64,000 nucleotides of DNA from Octopus sinensis (taxonomy: Eukaryota), in NCBI RefSeq assembly GCF_006345805.1, contig NC_042999.1:119102001-119166000 (forward strand). Reading direction: 5' to 3'. Shown here one piece after another: positions 13,230 to 25,859 of the stretch. Made by a program: the position numbers and the translations under genes. Every line of letters starts with the position of its first letter. The first letter of the stretch is position 1. The notes under the pieces are model-generated. The model was not told the origin of the DNA. It searched no databases and worked only from the letters and a program-made list of their open reading frames with translations.

Positions 13230-14700
13230 AGCTCTATTGGTCCACCGCCTCAACCTGAAAATTAGCAGTCAATCGGTGTTGAGCTGTTGGCTTCTATGTA
13301 AACATGATGGCAACTGCAACCAACACTATAATATACGTCACCACCACCACCACCACCACCTCCGCCACCTGTGGTGTTTTGTGATTATGCCATCCAGGTA
13401 TGTGTCCTTTTTGTTATATTTGACCAGTGTGGTCGTGTCTGTAGGGGCCTTATGGCTAAGGGGGTGGGGATCTTGATATTTTTGTGGGTGATGCGGTTCG
13501 TTTTTTTGTGGGTGTGTCGGGATGGGAGGGCGTGGGTGACACACTGTCTTTTACTTAGTTTCCTTTTCACCTCTTGAAATTCTTCCTCCATTTTGGCAGC
13601 CTCCATGTGGTCTGCCAGAGGTGGTGTGGGGTCTTCTCTTATTTCCTTTTGCTTGTTTTTGGCTTTTTCCTTTGCTTCTTCTGTTCTTCCAGTTTCTTCT
13701 GTAGTCGAACGGGGGAGGGGGGCTCCTCGTTATTCTTCTTTTTTGAAGTGCCACACTCTGCTCTTATGTGGCCTTTTTCGCTACACATGTAGCAGCACGG
13801 CTTCTTCCCCATGACTTATATTTTTAGAATAGTTTCTTCCCCGATTACTATTCAATCAGGAATTTCTTCAAGGTCCATCAGAGTGGCCTGAATCAGGATT
13901 TCTATGTTATGACACAGCCAATTTTTTGGGATGTGGTGGGGTTGAGCGTGTGATTTGCAGAATATTGATCTTATCGTCTCTGCCATAGCAGAGCACTGCA
14001 ATAATCCAACGTATGTCTGCCTCTGGTGGCACTTCTTTGATTTTGATCTGGGACATTCTACGTCCCAGATACGATGGTAGTAATGCCACTTCTGTAGTTT
14101 TCAGTGTTGTCACGGAATGTTTTTTTTGTTGTTTTAGTGTCTTTAAAGCACTCCTCTATAGAGGCAAGCCTTTTGCCTTGGGCCACATACGTAATATCAT
14201 TCCAAAGTGGTCTGAAGCACTTTTCAATTTTTTCCTTCTCCAAGATTACGATTTTTTTACCTCTAAGTCAAAGCATTTATAGAGTATGGTCCTATGGTCT
14301 CTTTGGTTGGTTACTTCACTTAGTGGGGAGATACGAACATCTTCCCCCTCCACTGTGAGCATACTGTAATATACCTGGTAATCTGTTCTGGTCATGTTAA
14401 CATTTATGTATGCTACATTGGTAACTTCTGCGTAATTTCTTTTCTCTTCATTGTTATTGACCTCCATGCTCACAACAATACAACAGTTCACAAAACAATA
14501 AAACATAATAGTAATCCTTCCCCCCGTAGGGGAGGCAAACAATTTTTCATAAAAGTGTATAAATATCAATTTTTCAAATTCAGCAACAAAGGTTCAATAT
14601 TAACAATAATATGGCACACAAAAAATCCACTGCAAACTCACCAACCTGCTACCAAAACACAAAAAAGCTTACGGCACTCTTCTGATAGCTCCAGCATGCA
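13230..14700 (-). mobile_element. Decayed gag-like ORF1 of an L1/Tx1-type non-LTR retrotransposon
   Basis: Frameshifted colinear ORFs (14246-14569, 14058-14243, 13907-14113) lead to GKKPCCYMCSEKGHIRAECG, a CX2CX4HX4C knuckle at about 13750-13810. A K/E/P-rich low-complexity tail follows. Confidence 0.7.
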
Positions 14701-14914
14701 TGTGTATTTATACAAAACACTTACACATGTATAGACAGAGTGGAGAAGGGTGTACATTAAATTCAAACCATAACTAATGGAAAACATTAACAAAAACATT
14801 ATATAAAAAGAATTCTAGTTTCCAAAGTTTAACCTTCACAACGTAGGCTTCATTATTTGTTTAAGATTTCATTGCTAGATGTGAGATGCAGGTCTGAAAA
14901 TCTGCACTAGAGAC

Positions 14915-15065
14915 AGTGAATTGGCAGAATCAGTGAGAGTTGAAAAAAATGCTTAGACTATTAGGGTAGAGCCCTTTGCACTCTGAGATAAAATTCCTGA
15001 TACAATCAATTTTGCCTTTCATCCTTCCAGGTTTGATAAAGTAATAGCCAGTCATGTACTGATGG
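14915..15065 (+). mobile_element. SINE family B, degenerate
   Basis: TGGCAGAATC...TTTGCCTTTCATCCTT...GATAAA matches the reverse complement of the copies at 24370 and 47605. Confidence 0.65.
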
Positions 15066-15079
15066 TGGTTTCTGTAATG

Positions 15080-16100
15080 TATATGAAAATTTGAGATGAA
15101 TTACAGTTGATTACCTCATTCACTGCTATGGTGTTTTTAAATGCTCCTCTAATTTCTGCAATACTTTTATATAAATAACAGTTTAGATAACTTTTAGGGC
15201 AGCATTACAGAACAACATGAGGATTGGACAGTGCAAAGTACAAGCTTTTTAGAAAATGTGGAAGAATTGTGTAGTGATTTTGATAAATGGATTTTGTACT
15301 ATTATGAGTGCTATGATCTTGTGCTTTGTTGCGGTGAAGCAAAATTCTTTTTGACAATTATTTTCATCATTTCTGTTCAATTTTCATCCTTCCATTGTTA
15401 ATTGCTATTACATAATGTTAGCCAGCCACAAGTTTGCCTGTATTGAGATATTCAATATGAATGACACCTTTACAATTGTCAAAAAAACCACATGCCATCT
15501 CTTTGATTCAAACTGACTTTGTCATAATTGGTTCAAAGGGAAGTGGATAGCCTTTACTTGTCTGTTCATTTATTGTTGTTTGCTTGTTGGATCATACTCA
15601 CAAACTCATACCTCATCACCAATAGCAATTCATGTAAAAAAAACTCCTATTGAGGATCACTGTCAAAAATGTTAATGAAATTTTTGCACAACTCAGTTCT
15701 TTATTCTTTATCTTTTTATATATTTATTTACCAATGAATGCTTGTCAAAAGATGAGGAATCCAGCTTTGTAGATATCCAGATGTTTATGAAATATTTACC
15801 GAAAAAAACTTCTGCTTATATTTTAACACAAATGCGATGTTTCTAGTTGTCATCTTTAATTCTGCTTCATTTCGGTTTGTCACCAATTCAGTGTTGTCCT
15901 CAGATGTCAAAGTAGAAGGAGACCCACTAAAATCTCCATCTTACACACTGATTTCTACTTTCACTAGTGCGTTTCTTTTATTCCTGAAGAATTCTCGCAA
16001 CCATTATTTTACTGCTATAAACTTTCTGAAAACTCATAAAAATTTCATTTGCTAACTTATTCAGCTTATGAAATTTTGGCTATCTTCTTGCATTTTTTCC
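15080..16100 (-). mobile_element. Decayed mariner (Tc1/mariner) transposase
   Basis: Minus-strand translation gives an HTH region FSGSPSTLTSEDNTELV, then IAIGDEV*VCEYDPTSKQQ (compare IVTGDETWxxxYDPExKQQ), then KGVIHIEYLNTG. Confidence 0.75.
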
Positions 16101-16281
16101 CCTTGAAGAGTATTATTGAGATATGAGTATAATTATATGACCTTTAAGTAATAATTCTTTTTTTATTTTTTTACGTTGTAGTCGACTTTATTATTTTTAT
16201 CTTTGTACATTGTGCTAAAATTAATGTCTTTTTATTTACTGCACACAAACATTTATAGCATAAGCATTTTGGGCCCCCTTC

Positions 16282-16282
<1 letters not shown>

Positions 16283-16320
<38 letters not shown>

Positions 16321-16389
16321 TATGTGAGTGTGTGTGTGTGTATGTGTGTGTGTGTGTGAATATATATACATATAGGCACATATATATGA

Positions 16390-16442
<53 letters not shown>
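16283..16442. repeat. Compound (TG)n/(TA)n microsatellite
   Basis: Direct reading. Confidence 0.95.
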
Positions 16443-16446
<4 letters not shown>

Positions 16447-17742
16447 CTTGTCTGTATATAGATATACAGTATAATTACAGGGCTGCATTCAAAAGAGTTT
16501 ATAATTACAGAATAACTTTGCAAACCAAGTAGAGATAACACAATAACTTCAATACTGTATGTGTATTAAGTTTGGACCTCAAATGGATAGGATAGGGGCT
16601 AGTTGAAAGAACTCCAGTGATTGGATGAAATGGCAACAATGGGACATCTTTTGCTGACTTTCATTAGGTTTCATCTGATTTGTCAGAAGCCTAACTTCAA
16701 GTGGAGCAAGAGAGGGGGAGAGGAGGAGAGGTGGTGGTGAGTGAAATGTGCAATTTCTTTTTTGAACTAAGTTTTTTTTTCTCTGTTACTTAACCCATCT
16801 GTAATGTTTTCATGTGATTAGTTGAAGGGAAAGGCAAAGAGTGACAGAAAAAGTGGGTAAGGTAAAGAGTGAAAGAGAAAGAGGGCGGGAGCCTTGCATT
16901 AAGTCTATATAATTGTGCATAAAGTATATAAAGGGTATATATAAAGTACATTAAGTAATCATTGTATTCCAATTTCCTTCACTTTTCAACGAGTGACTAT
17001 CATTTGATACAGACACAACACAGGCTATGCTTTCAGGTTTTTTGGATAAAATTTTCAGAAATAACCCAATAGGTTTAGCATTAATTCCATGAAGAATTCA
17101 TGAATCTTGCTAGTTTTAATTAAAGCTACAAGTAACTGTGGAATTTCAATGGATATTTTGAAAACTATAACATTATGTAGAACCAAGAAATAGTATAATT
17201 TGTTTTGAGTTGTATTTTTTCTTAAGTGATCGGTTCTTGAAATAGTATAAAGCTCACATAGTTAGCATTGAAGGTGTAATCTTTGGAAAATATACTTTTT
17301 GTTATACACAGTCATATCATCTATGAAGAGATTTGTTATCTGTGATTTTCATCTTTACATCAAGAAGTAAACAATCTTAATACTGAATAAACTCAAAGAC
17401 ATAATGTACCTCTAATATTATTCTGCTACTGTGTAAAATGTGGCTGAATACACCATTTGGACTGAGATATACAATATGTCACTCCCTTCCTCATCATCTT
17501 TTGTTGTTTAATTCTCACTCTATCTTTATTTCTTTCTTTTTCTTTGTTTCCATATTGAAATATTTCTGGGTGGGGTTTTCTTGATAATTTAATCTTTTAT
17601 GCTTTTAATTTTTTTCTTTCTTTCAAGAAATTGTAGTAAGCTTCACATCATAGATGAAAGCATTATATGTGGCTGGACTTTAACCCACAGTTTCAATGAA
17701 CAAAGTAAAGTAGTCATCTCATAAAACAGTGGATTCTGCTTA

Positions 17743-17814
17743 ATATATATATGTGTGTGTGTGTATGCGTATGTATGCATAAATACATTTACACACATAC
17801 ACACATATATATAC

Positions 17815-17854
<40 letters not shown>

Positions 17855-17899
17855 GTATATATATGTGTGTATATTTTCATAAAGCTTCCCATTATATAT

Positions 17900-17979
<80 letters not shown>

Positions 17980-18018
17980 TATATATATGTATGTATGTAT
18001 GTATATATATATATACAT

Positions 18019-18049
<31 letters not shown>

Positions 18050-18070
18050 TCATATATATATATATATATA
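17743..18070. repeat. Long interrupted (TA)n/(CA)n microsatellite
   Basis: Direct reading. Confidence 0.95.
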
Positions 18071-18284
18071 TTTCTACTCTACACTTAAATTGAAGTTTTT
18101 ATTCATCACTCAATTGTCTCATGAATTATATAAAGGTAGTCTACATAATGGATTGTGCAATCGATTTTTTTTTCTATAATTAACAAAATGTTTCTTTAAA
18201 GTGTTACATCTGCAGACAGAAGCAGAACAATTTGATAGTTTAAAATTTATCTTTGTTACCAAGGTTGCAGGAAAATTTCATCAC

Positions 18285-18436
18285 ACACAGACACAGAAGT
18301 CTGGTGCAGGCACCTGCCTGGCCAGCTCCTGTCAAACAGTCCAACCCATGCCAGCATAGAAGTTAGAAGTTAAATGATGATGATGATGACGACGACGACG
18401 ACGACGACTATGACGATGATGATGATGATGATGATA
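18285..18436 (+). mobile_element. RTE LINE 3' tail with (GAT/GAC)n
   Basis: CTCCTGTCAAACAGTCCAACCCATGCCAGCAT...(GAT)n. Same tail as 30660-30812 and 34090-34146. Confidence 0.75.
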
Positions 18437-18769
18437 AAACATTCATTATTGAAGGCTACGATGGACTGGGAAACTTTAGAATTAACATGACTATATTTTT
18501 GTTACGATAAATAACTTGCTAAGGGTTTGGAATACATTCCTTTTGCTTGCCCATAGATGATTCATGTAATAACCCTTAAAAGGTCTCATGCACATATTTT
18601 CATACGATTTAAGAGTATTTTCACTCTTGATAAAGAGAATGTACTTGGCTATAACCTTTGCATTATGTCCATGACCAAAAGAACATGATCAAATATTTTT
18701 AAAGTTACATTGTCTATACTTATGGCTACTAAGAGTAAATTTGATATTCATATTAATATTTGTATTCCT

Positions 18770-18930
18770 TCGGGTATTTTGAGGGCGCACACTCTCCTAC
18801 CCTGATGTGATCTCCAGGGATACAGGCATCCAGCAACAGGACCTCCGTAATGTCATGATGGACCGTGAAGTCTGGCGTAGCATGGTAAATTTCATTGTCT
18901 CGACCACGGTCGAACAATGATGATGATGAT
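18770..18930 (+). mobile_element. 3' end of a second RTE-type LINE family
   Basis: Translates as RTLSYPDVISRDTGIQQQDLRNVMMDREVWRSMVNFIVSTTVEQ*, directly followed by (GAT)n. DRxxW is the typical RTE C-terminal motif. Confidence 0.75.
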
Positions 18931-19384
18931 GTGTATTCTTACATGACAATAATTTTGCATACTAATACACTCTACTTCAAGTTGGATTATCTTATATTTC
19001 TACAACATAAAGATGTATTGAAAGATACATTTAGAAGTATTTGTATAGATTTACCACACCTGATCAAACACTATAAGGTGTCTACAGCAGATTCATATTT
19101 ATTGTTTGTAGATTCACACAACAATAATATTCTTGAAAAAGATTTCTTTTTTAGGAGATTAAATCCTGAAATGCAACAAAATTATACTCCAGCCCTTTCC
19201 TGATATGGAACTACTAAAATATATAAATATAGCATTTTTTTTCTGACTGATGATTGTACAACACTCCATGAAACCCATTGCCTTGAGTTTAAGGCCTAAA
19301 ACAAATATTGCCTGATGAGTTTCTACATCAGAAAGTTATACTGAAATATATATTTTTATATTTTAGACATTAAAAAAAAAATGG

Positions 19385-19625
19385 GCAAAGACTCCCTTCA
19401 TTCATGAATGGGATTGCACCTAAGAAGTTCCCCTCTGGAGCACAAGTTTGGGCAAGGTTGTTTATGGAAGACTAGCTGTTGCCCATGCATATCGGCTTCC
19501 CCTCTCCGTGCCACTGATGTTATCCAAGAGAAAGGCAAAGGCTGATACAGCTTGACACCAGTGACATCAAACTCACTACCCCATGATTGTGAACCTAATG
19601 CTGTAACCTCTGAGCTATGCACCCA
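19385..19625 (-). mobile_element. tRNA-headed SINE-like element with structured 3' part
   Basis: The minus strand starts GGTGCATAGCTCAGAGGTTACAGCATT...GAGTTTGAT (tRNA-like A and B boxes) and continues into a GC-richer body. Confidence 0.55.
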
Positions 19626-20301
19626 TTTCGCTATCATTTATAGTTTTATTCATCTCGAGATCCACCTTTTCGAAAAAGAATTATTTCACATTCCCTTGAA
19701 GCTTAGAAATTCTTCAGACATCAACAGAATGCAATTCTCACTGGTAAGAATGAAGTTTCTAAAATGGATAGAGAAATTTGAAGGATTACCTTGATCCAAT
19801 GGTAGGATACCTCTCATGCTTACAGAAGATGTGGTTTCAGACCCCATGTGTAGCCTTCAACATTTGCTATCCAAAGGGTTTCTAACCCAATTTTTACACA
19901 CCATTCCTAAAAGAATTATATATTTTTATATTGATTAATAGTTGTCCACTCATATATCAAAGGAGAAAATACTTGATGTTGACATATTTTCATTCTTTCT
20001 TCTGTTAATTTTGATGTTATACCTATGCTAATTAATTGTTCTGTTATTTAAGGCAATACTGTAGATATATTGCTAGCATGTGGCCACAGGTGGTGCTTTT
20101 TTGACAAATACTACTTTATTGAACTTTGATGTCTAAAGTAGAGAAGTGAAACAATTCTGCTATATAAATGCTCAAATAAAATTTACTGGCAGTCATGTTT
20201 TACAGTTTTAACATGCAAACAAACACACGAACACACACATGCATGCACATATCTAATATTTAGACACATGTATATATTTGTGTGTGTATGTATGTGTGTG
20301 T

Positions 20302-20338
<37 letters not shown>

Positions 20339-20409
20339 TGTATGTGTGTGTACATAGAATATAAAGAAAGTCAGGAGGTATGAAATGAATATATTTATTC
20401 CACCAGTTG

Positions 20410-20482
20410 ATATCCATAATATATATATATATATATATATACATATATATGTACAAATGTGTGTGTATGTATGTGTGTATAT

Positions 20483-20572
<90 letters not shown>

Positions 20573-20605
20573 ATATATATATGTAATATATATATATATA
20601 TATTA

Positions 20606-20642
<37 letters not shown>

Positions 20643-20668
20643 TCATCATCATCATCATCATCATCATC
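20410..20668. repeat. (TA)n microsatellite joined to the (CAT)n RTE tail
   Basis: Direct reading. Confidence 0.95.
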
Positions 20669-21760
20669 TTCATTTAACATCTGCTTTCTATGCTGGCATA
20701 GTTTCTATGGCTGGATGCCCTTCCTAATGCCAATTACTCCAAGAGTGCAATGGGTGCCTTTTACCAATAGCATATGGTGTTTGTTGTATTGGGTGTGCTG
20801 CCACACCCAATGCCATCACATTTCAAGCAGTGGTATAACAAAAGTCTTCCATCAAGATGCTTACACTCTGTCGTACATGCACACGGATAATGTACAACCA
20901 GTGAAGCATACTAGCTTCATTTTTCTCAAGCCCTCACATGTCCTCTGTGGTCGCAGCCCAGATTTCATTGCCATGTAGCATGACTGTTCGCACACAGGCA
21001 CCATACGATCTGCTTTCACTCTGAGAGAGAGGCCCTTATTTACCAACAAAGGTAGAAGCTCTCTGAAGCTTGCCCAGCCTATTCTTAATTACACAGTTAT
21101 GCTCTTGGAGCTACCACCTCTGCTACTGACTTGGTCACCTAGATAACAGAAGCTATCTATTACTTCTAACTTTTCCCCCTGGCATTTGATGGGTCTATTT
21201 TCTGTACATTTTTAGTGTTAATTGTACCTGTACATCTGCCACATACAAAGATCATTTTCTTTGTCAACCTTCCTCTGATATTGCTGCACCACTTATGCAT
21301 CAATAGCTTGTACTGCATACATCCTCCTGTGGAGTTTCTAATTATGCCTTTTCTACAGATTGAGCAGGGCCATCTACCTGAAAGGATTTGTGATTTGTCT
21401 GCATTCCTACTTACTAAGACTTTGATTTTTGCTAAATTAACTCTAAGGCTCTTTGATTCTAGACCTTACATCCACATGTGAAATTTCTTGTCTAGTGATT
21501 CAGCTATATGAACAAGGTGATCAGCATAGAGGAGCTCCTAGGGGCAGCCCGACTTAAATTCCTCTGTTATTGCCTGAGGGATTATGAGGTACAAGAGGGG
21601 GCTGAGAAATGATCCATCATGAACCCTTACTTGTACCTTGAATTCATTGCTAAACTTGTTGCCAACCCACACCTTACTGATAGCATCCCTGTACATGATT
21701 TGTACAGCTCTCACCAAACACTTATCTATCTCTAGTTTCTGCATTGGTCAGTAGATAAGG
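20641..21760 (-). mobile_element. RTE LINE fragment (RT domain to 3' tail, internally deleted)
   Basis: VRVHDGSFLSPLLY...EEFKSGCP* followed by ELLYADHL, and LVNKGLSLRVK. (CAT)n tail at 20641. Confidence 0.85.
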
Positions 21761-21773
21761 TGGTCAATGTATA

Positions 21774-22826
21774 TCATCATCATCGTTTAATGTCCGCTTT
21801 CCATGCAAGCATGGGTTGGACGGTTCAACTGGGGTCTGGGAAGCCAGAAGGCTGCACCAGGCTCCAGTCTGATCTGGCAGTGTTTCTACAGCTGGATGCC
21901 CTTCCTAATGCCAACCACTCCGAGAGTGTAGTGGGTGCTTTTTATGTGCCACCTGCACAGGTGCCAGACGAGGCTGGCAAACGGCCACGATCGGATGGTG
22001 CTTTTTATGTGCCACCGGCACGGGGGCCAGACGAGGCTGGCAACAGCCACAATCGGATGGTGCTTTTTACGTGCCACCAGCACGGAAGCCAGTCGGGGTG
22101 GCGCTGGCAATGGCCATGTTCGGACGGTTCTCTTACGTGCCACCGGCACTGGTATCTCAGCTACAATTTCCATTGATGTTGAGAGATTCCGATTTTGATT
22201 TTGATTTTCATTTTGATTTTCACTTGCCTCAACAGGTCTTTACAAGTAGGGTTTGTGTCACAAGAAGGAACGGTATGCATAAGTGGGCTGGCTACGTCCC
22301 AGGCAGCGGCCACGGGTATGGTCTCACTTGTCCTGCCGGGTCTTCCCATGCACAGCATACTTCCAAAAGTCTCGGTCTCTGGTCATTTCCTCGGTGAGAC
22401 CTAAAGTTCGAAGGTCGTTCTTCACCACCTTGTCCCAGGTTTTCCTGGGTCTACCTCTTCCACAGGTTCCCTCAACCGCCAGGGTGTGGCACTTTTTCAC
22501 ACAACTATCTTCATCCATTCTCGCTACATGACCATACCAGTGCAAACGTCTCTCTTGCACACCACAACTGATGCTTCTTAGGTCCAACTTTTCTCTCAGG
22601 GTACTTATACTCTGTCGAGTATGAACGCTGACATTACACATCCATCGGAGCATACTGGCTTCATTTCTTGCGAGCTTACGCATATCCTCAGCAGTCACAG
22701 CCCATGTTTCACTGCCATGTAGCATGGCTGTTCATACCCACACGTCATACAGTCTGCCTTTTACTCTCAGCGAGAGGCCTTTTGTCACCAGCAGAGGTAA
22801 GAGCTCTCTGAACTTTGCCCAGGCTA
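21774..22826 (-). mobile_element. RTE LINE 3' portion, younger copy
   Basis: ORF 22324-22725 reads MLHGSETW...ERRLHWYGHVARM...GRGRPRKTW...DRDFWK. The 3' UTR has about 60-bp tandem repeats and a (CAT)n tail. Confidence 0.93.
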
Positions 22827-23673
22827 ATTATTTGGACTTTGAGTATTTCTCCTGTGACACCTGACAAGATGCAGCCTGCAAAGATGGCTGCAACACAATT
22901 AACTGTGCAGTATCCCATCTGTAAGAGACAGATACAGGATGTGTCAAAATGATTGTTTTGTTGAATAAAGACTATTGCTGACTCCATTTCCATTTCCCTC
23001 ATTCACTAAACACACACGCGCACAAACATAGACACATGACCCCCCCCCCCCCATGTGTATAAACATTAAAATATGCATGTATACTGAAATCAGCTCACTA
23101 ATCTTGTTCCGAAACATCATAATTCATTTGCTCTCAATGAGTGACCACCTTATTAATTTCCAGTCAAAACTTAGCTGCTACTAAGGTTGACTGGAAATAC
23201 ATAAGTCAAAAGTTAGTGAAAGGACAAAGTGTAAAATATGTAAAATTGCTACAAACAAGACATCTAAAGCTTAGATCTCATTGTCTGATATGTCTTGCTT
23301 ATTCTTAAAACAATTTCAATAACATTATTTTGAAACCACTGTGCACCTATATATTGAGTTTAGTTTAAGATGACATCAATTTCCTATCTCAATTACCTAA
23401 AGCAACAGAACCAATTAGTTTTTGTTAATTTTGACATAGCAATTCTCTCCTCAAATATTCTTCATGATTTATGAATAACAGTAATCATATAATATGTTGA
23501 AAAACATACAGAGATTTCTCCAAACAGCTTTACCATAGATTTTATATTTGATACAATCAGCCTTATTTAAGTCACTAGTACCTTCTTTCTCATTGGGAAA
23601 AAGCTGCCTAAAAATTAAAAGTACAGCTGTATGAACAAAGTTTGCTTCAGTGTATTTAAAATCAGTAATGGAA

Positions 23674-24140
23674 TCATCATCATCATCATCATCATCATTT
23701 AGCGTCCGCTTTCCATGCTAGCATGGGTTGGACGGTTCAACTGGGGTCTGTGAAGCTGGAAGGTTTCATCAGGCTCAGTCAGATCTGGCAGTGTTTCTAC
23801 GGCTGGATGCCTTTCCTAACGCCAACCACTCCGTGAGTGTAGTGGGTGCTTTTTATGTGCCACCCGCACAGGTGCCAGACAGAGCTGGCAAACGGCCACA
23901 AACGGATGGTGCTTTTATGTGTCACCGGCACGGGGCCAGGCGATGCTGGCAACGGACACGAACGGTTGGTGCCTTTACCTGCCACCGACACGAGGGCCAG
24001 ACAGAGCTGGCAAACGGCCATGAACGGATGGTGCTTTTACGTGTCACCGGCACGGGGGCCAGACGAGGCTGGCAACGGACACGAACGGATGGTGCTTTTA
24101 CATGCCACCGACACGGGGCCAGACAGAGCTGGCAAACGGA
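23674..24140 (-). mobile_element. RTE LINE 3' UTR with about 60-bp tandem repeat array
   Basis: Closely similar to 21774-22150. About five units of GTGCTTTT(T)A(C/T)GTGCCACCGGCACGGGGCCAGAC..GCTGGCAACGG..ACG..CGGATG. Confidence 0.9.
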
Positions 24141-24369
24141 ATATTTGAAACAAAAAATTAAAAAAGAAACCTAACCAAAATGGAGGATAAAAACTATATT
24201 ATTGATTTAAAAAACACATAGAGGACACTTTGAAAAGGTTTCTTGATAACATTGTGATAATATGAAAAAACATCTGTTGATATTTCAGATAAATTAAGCA
24301 TTCTTCTGAATAATTTACATCAATTCCCTAAATTTAGAAATTTAGAAAGGAGACAAGCATCTTCACATA

Positions 24370-24585
24370 ATGGTTTCAAATTTTGGTACAAGGCCAGCAG
24401 TTTTGAAAAGGGGCTAAGTTGGTTACCTCAACACCAATATTCAACTGGTACTTATTTTATTGACCACTAAAGGATAAAAAACAAAGTCGACCTTGGTGGC
24501 AATTGAACTCAGAACATAAAGATGGACAAAATGCTGCTAAGCATTTTACCTGGTGTGCTAACGATTTTGCCAGCTTGCCACCATG
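24370..24585 (-). mobile_element. tRNA-derived SINE, family B
   Basis: Minus strand reads GGTGGCAAGCTGGCAAAATCGTTAGCAC...TTCTGAGTTCAA...GTCGACTTTG...AATAAAATAAGTACCAGT. Confidence 0.8.
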
Positions 24586-24627
24586 ATGGGGATTAATAAT
24601 GGTTTAAAATTTTGGTGCTGGATAAAA

Positions 24628-24688
24628 TCAGTTGTCAAGCAATGCTGGGGGTACAAACATGGAAACACAAACACACACATTACATAAA

Positions 24689-24748
<60 letters not shown>

Positions 24749-24905
24749 CATGACAGGTTACTTTCAGTTTCTGTCTACTAAATCCACTCACAAGGCTTTG
24801 GTTGGCCCAAGGCTATATTAGAAGACACTTGCCCAAAGTGACATGCAGTGGGACTGAACCTGGAACCATGTGGTTGGTAAGCAAGCTACTTACCACACAG
24901 CCACT
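24628..24905 (-). mobile_element. SINE family A, 5' two-thirds
   Basis: Reverse complement of the 7678 head and body. Confidence 0.88.
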
Positions 24906-25859
24906 GTGTGTGTGTGTGTGTGTGTTTATCTTTTGGTTGTTGCCTTCTTTGGACTGCGGCCTTTCAGAGGGTATTTATAGTAAATAAAAACAAAATGTAT
25001 GTTTTGAAATCATTTAATACATATGTTTCACGTCTGTGTAATATATAGTAGGAAATTCATCCATTATATAAGACCATCCTCGGTTAAAACATTACAAAAA
25101 TCTTTCAAATATTTTAACTGAAGGTCTTTTGTAATGAATGCATTCCCTGTTATACATTATGCAAACCTGAATGTACATATTAAATGATTTCAAAATTTCA
25201 ATATATGGTTTAATTCATTATTACAACTTATACAATCTGAAACCACTGCAGACTAGATGGTCCAGAATCTACTTACACAGATAATCTGACAACGATTTGG
25301 AATAAATTTTTGTATTTGACTCAAGTCAAAAATTCTGGTAATGTGCACCACTTCTTAGCATAACATGATATATCTTTGTATATTATGTTTTTATGATTGT
25401 GTATAGAAGAATATACTACTCAAAGGAATTCCAACTCTGTTTGTTTTTCATGTTTTATTTATAATCTTATGATATTAATATAAGACATAAAATAATATAG
25501 TAAAATGAAATAAAATGAAGTATTAATTGTCTATTCTTATTGAACAAATGAAATATTAAATGTCCATTCTTATTGAACTAGTATACTTTCTTGCATTTAA
25601 GCAATCTTCAGGTTCATATGGTGGTGGTGACAGTTGTGATCACTGGTTTCAACTGTGGTTGACTGGTTAAATTTTGTTGTTTTATATACATTCGTGTGGA
25701 TAGAAGTAGCAGTTTCTTGGCTATTTTTAGAAATGATGCCATACCATTTTTCAGTGCTTATTTTTAGAAATGATGACAGCAGTGCTTTTTAGAGATTTTT
25801 ATTTTTTAGATATGGGGATAAGACTTTTAAACCTTAAATAAGATTATTTTTTATCATTG

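Noticed and set aside
19308-19350. CTGATGA...GAAA motif
   Set aside because: No stem I pairing, and stem II does not abut GAAA; probably chance.
22862-22919. Minus-strand exon-like segment with a small TGCAGCC/GGCTGCA hairpin
   Set aside because: Weak donor, unrecognised peptide, and a 7-bp stem is expected by chance.
21935-24140. Repeats of about 60 bp considered as a CRISPR-like array
   Set aside because: Contiguous tandem units with no unique spacers, inside an RTE 3' UTR, in eukaryotic DNA with no cas genes.
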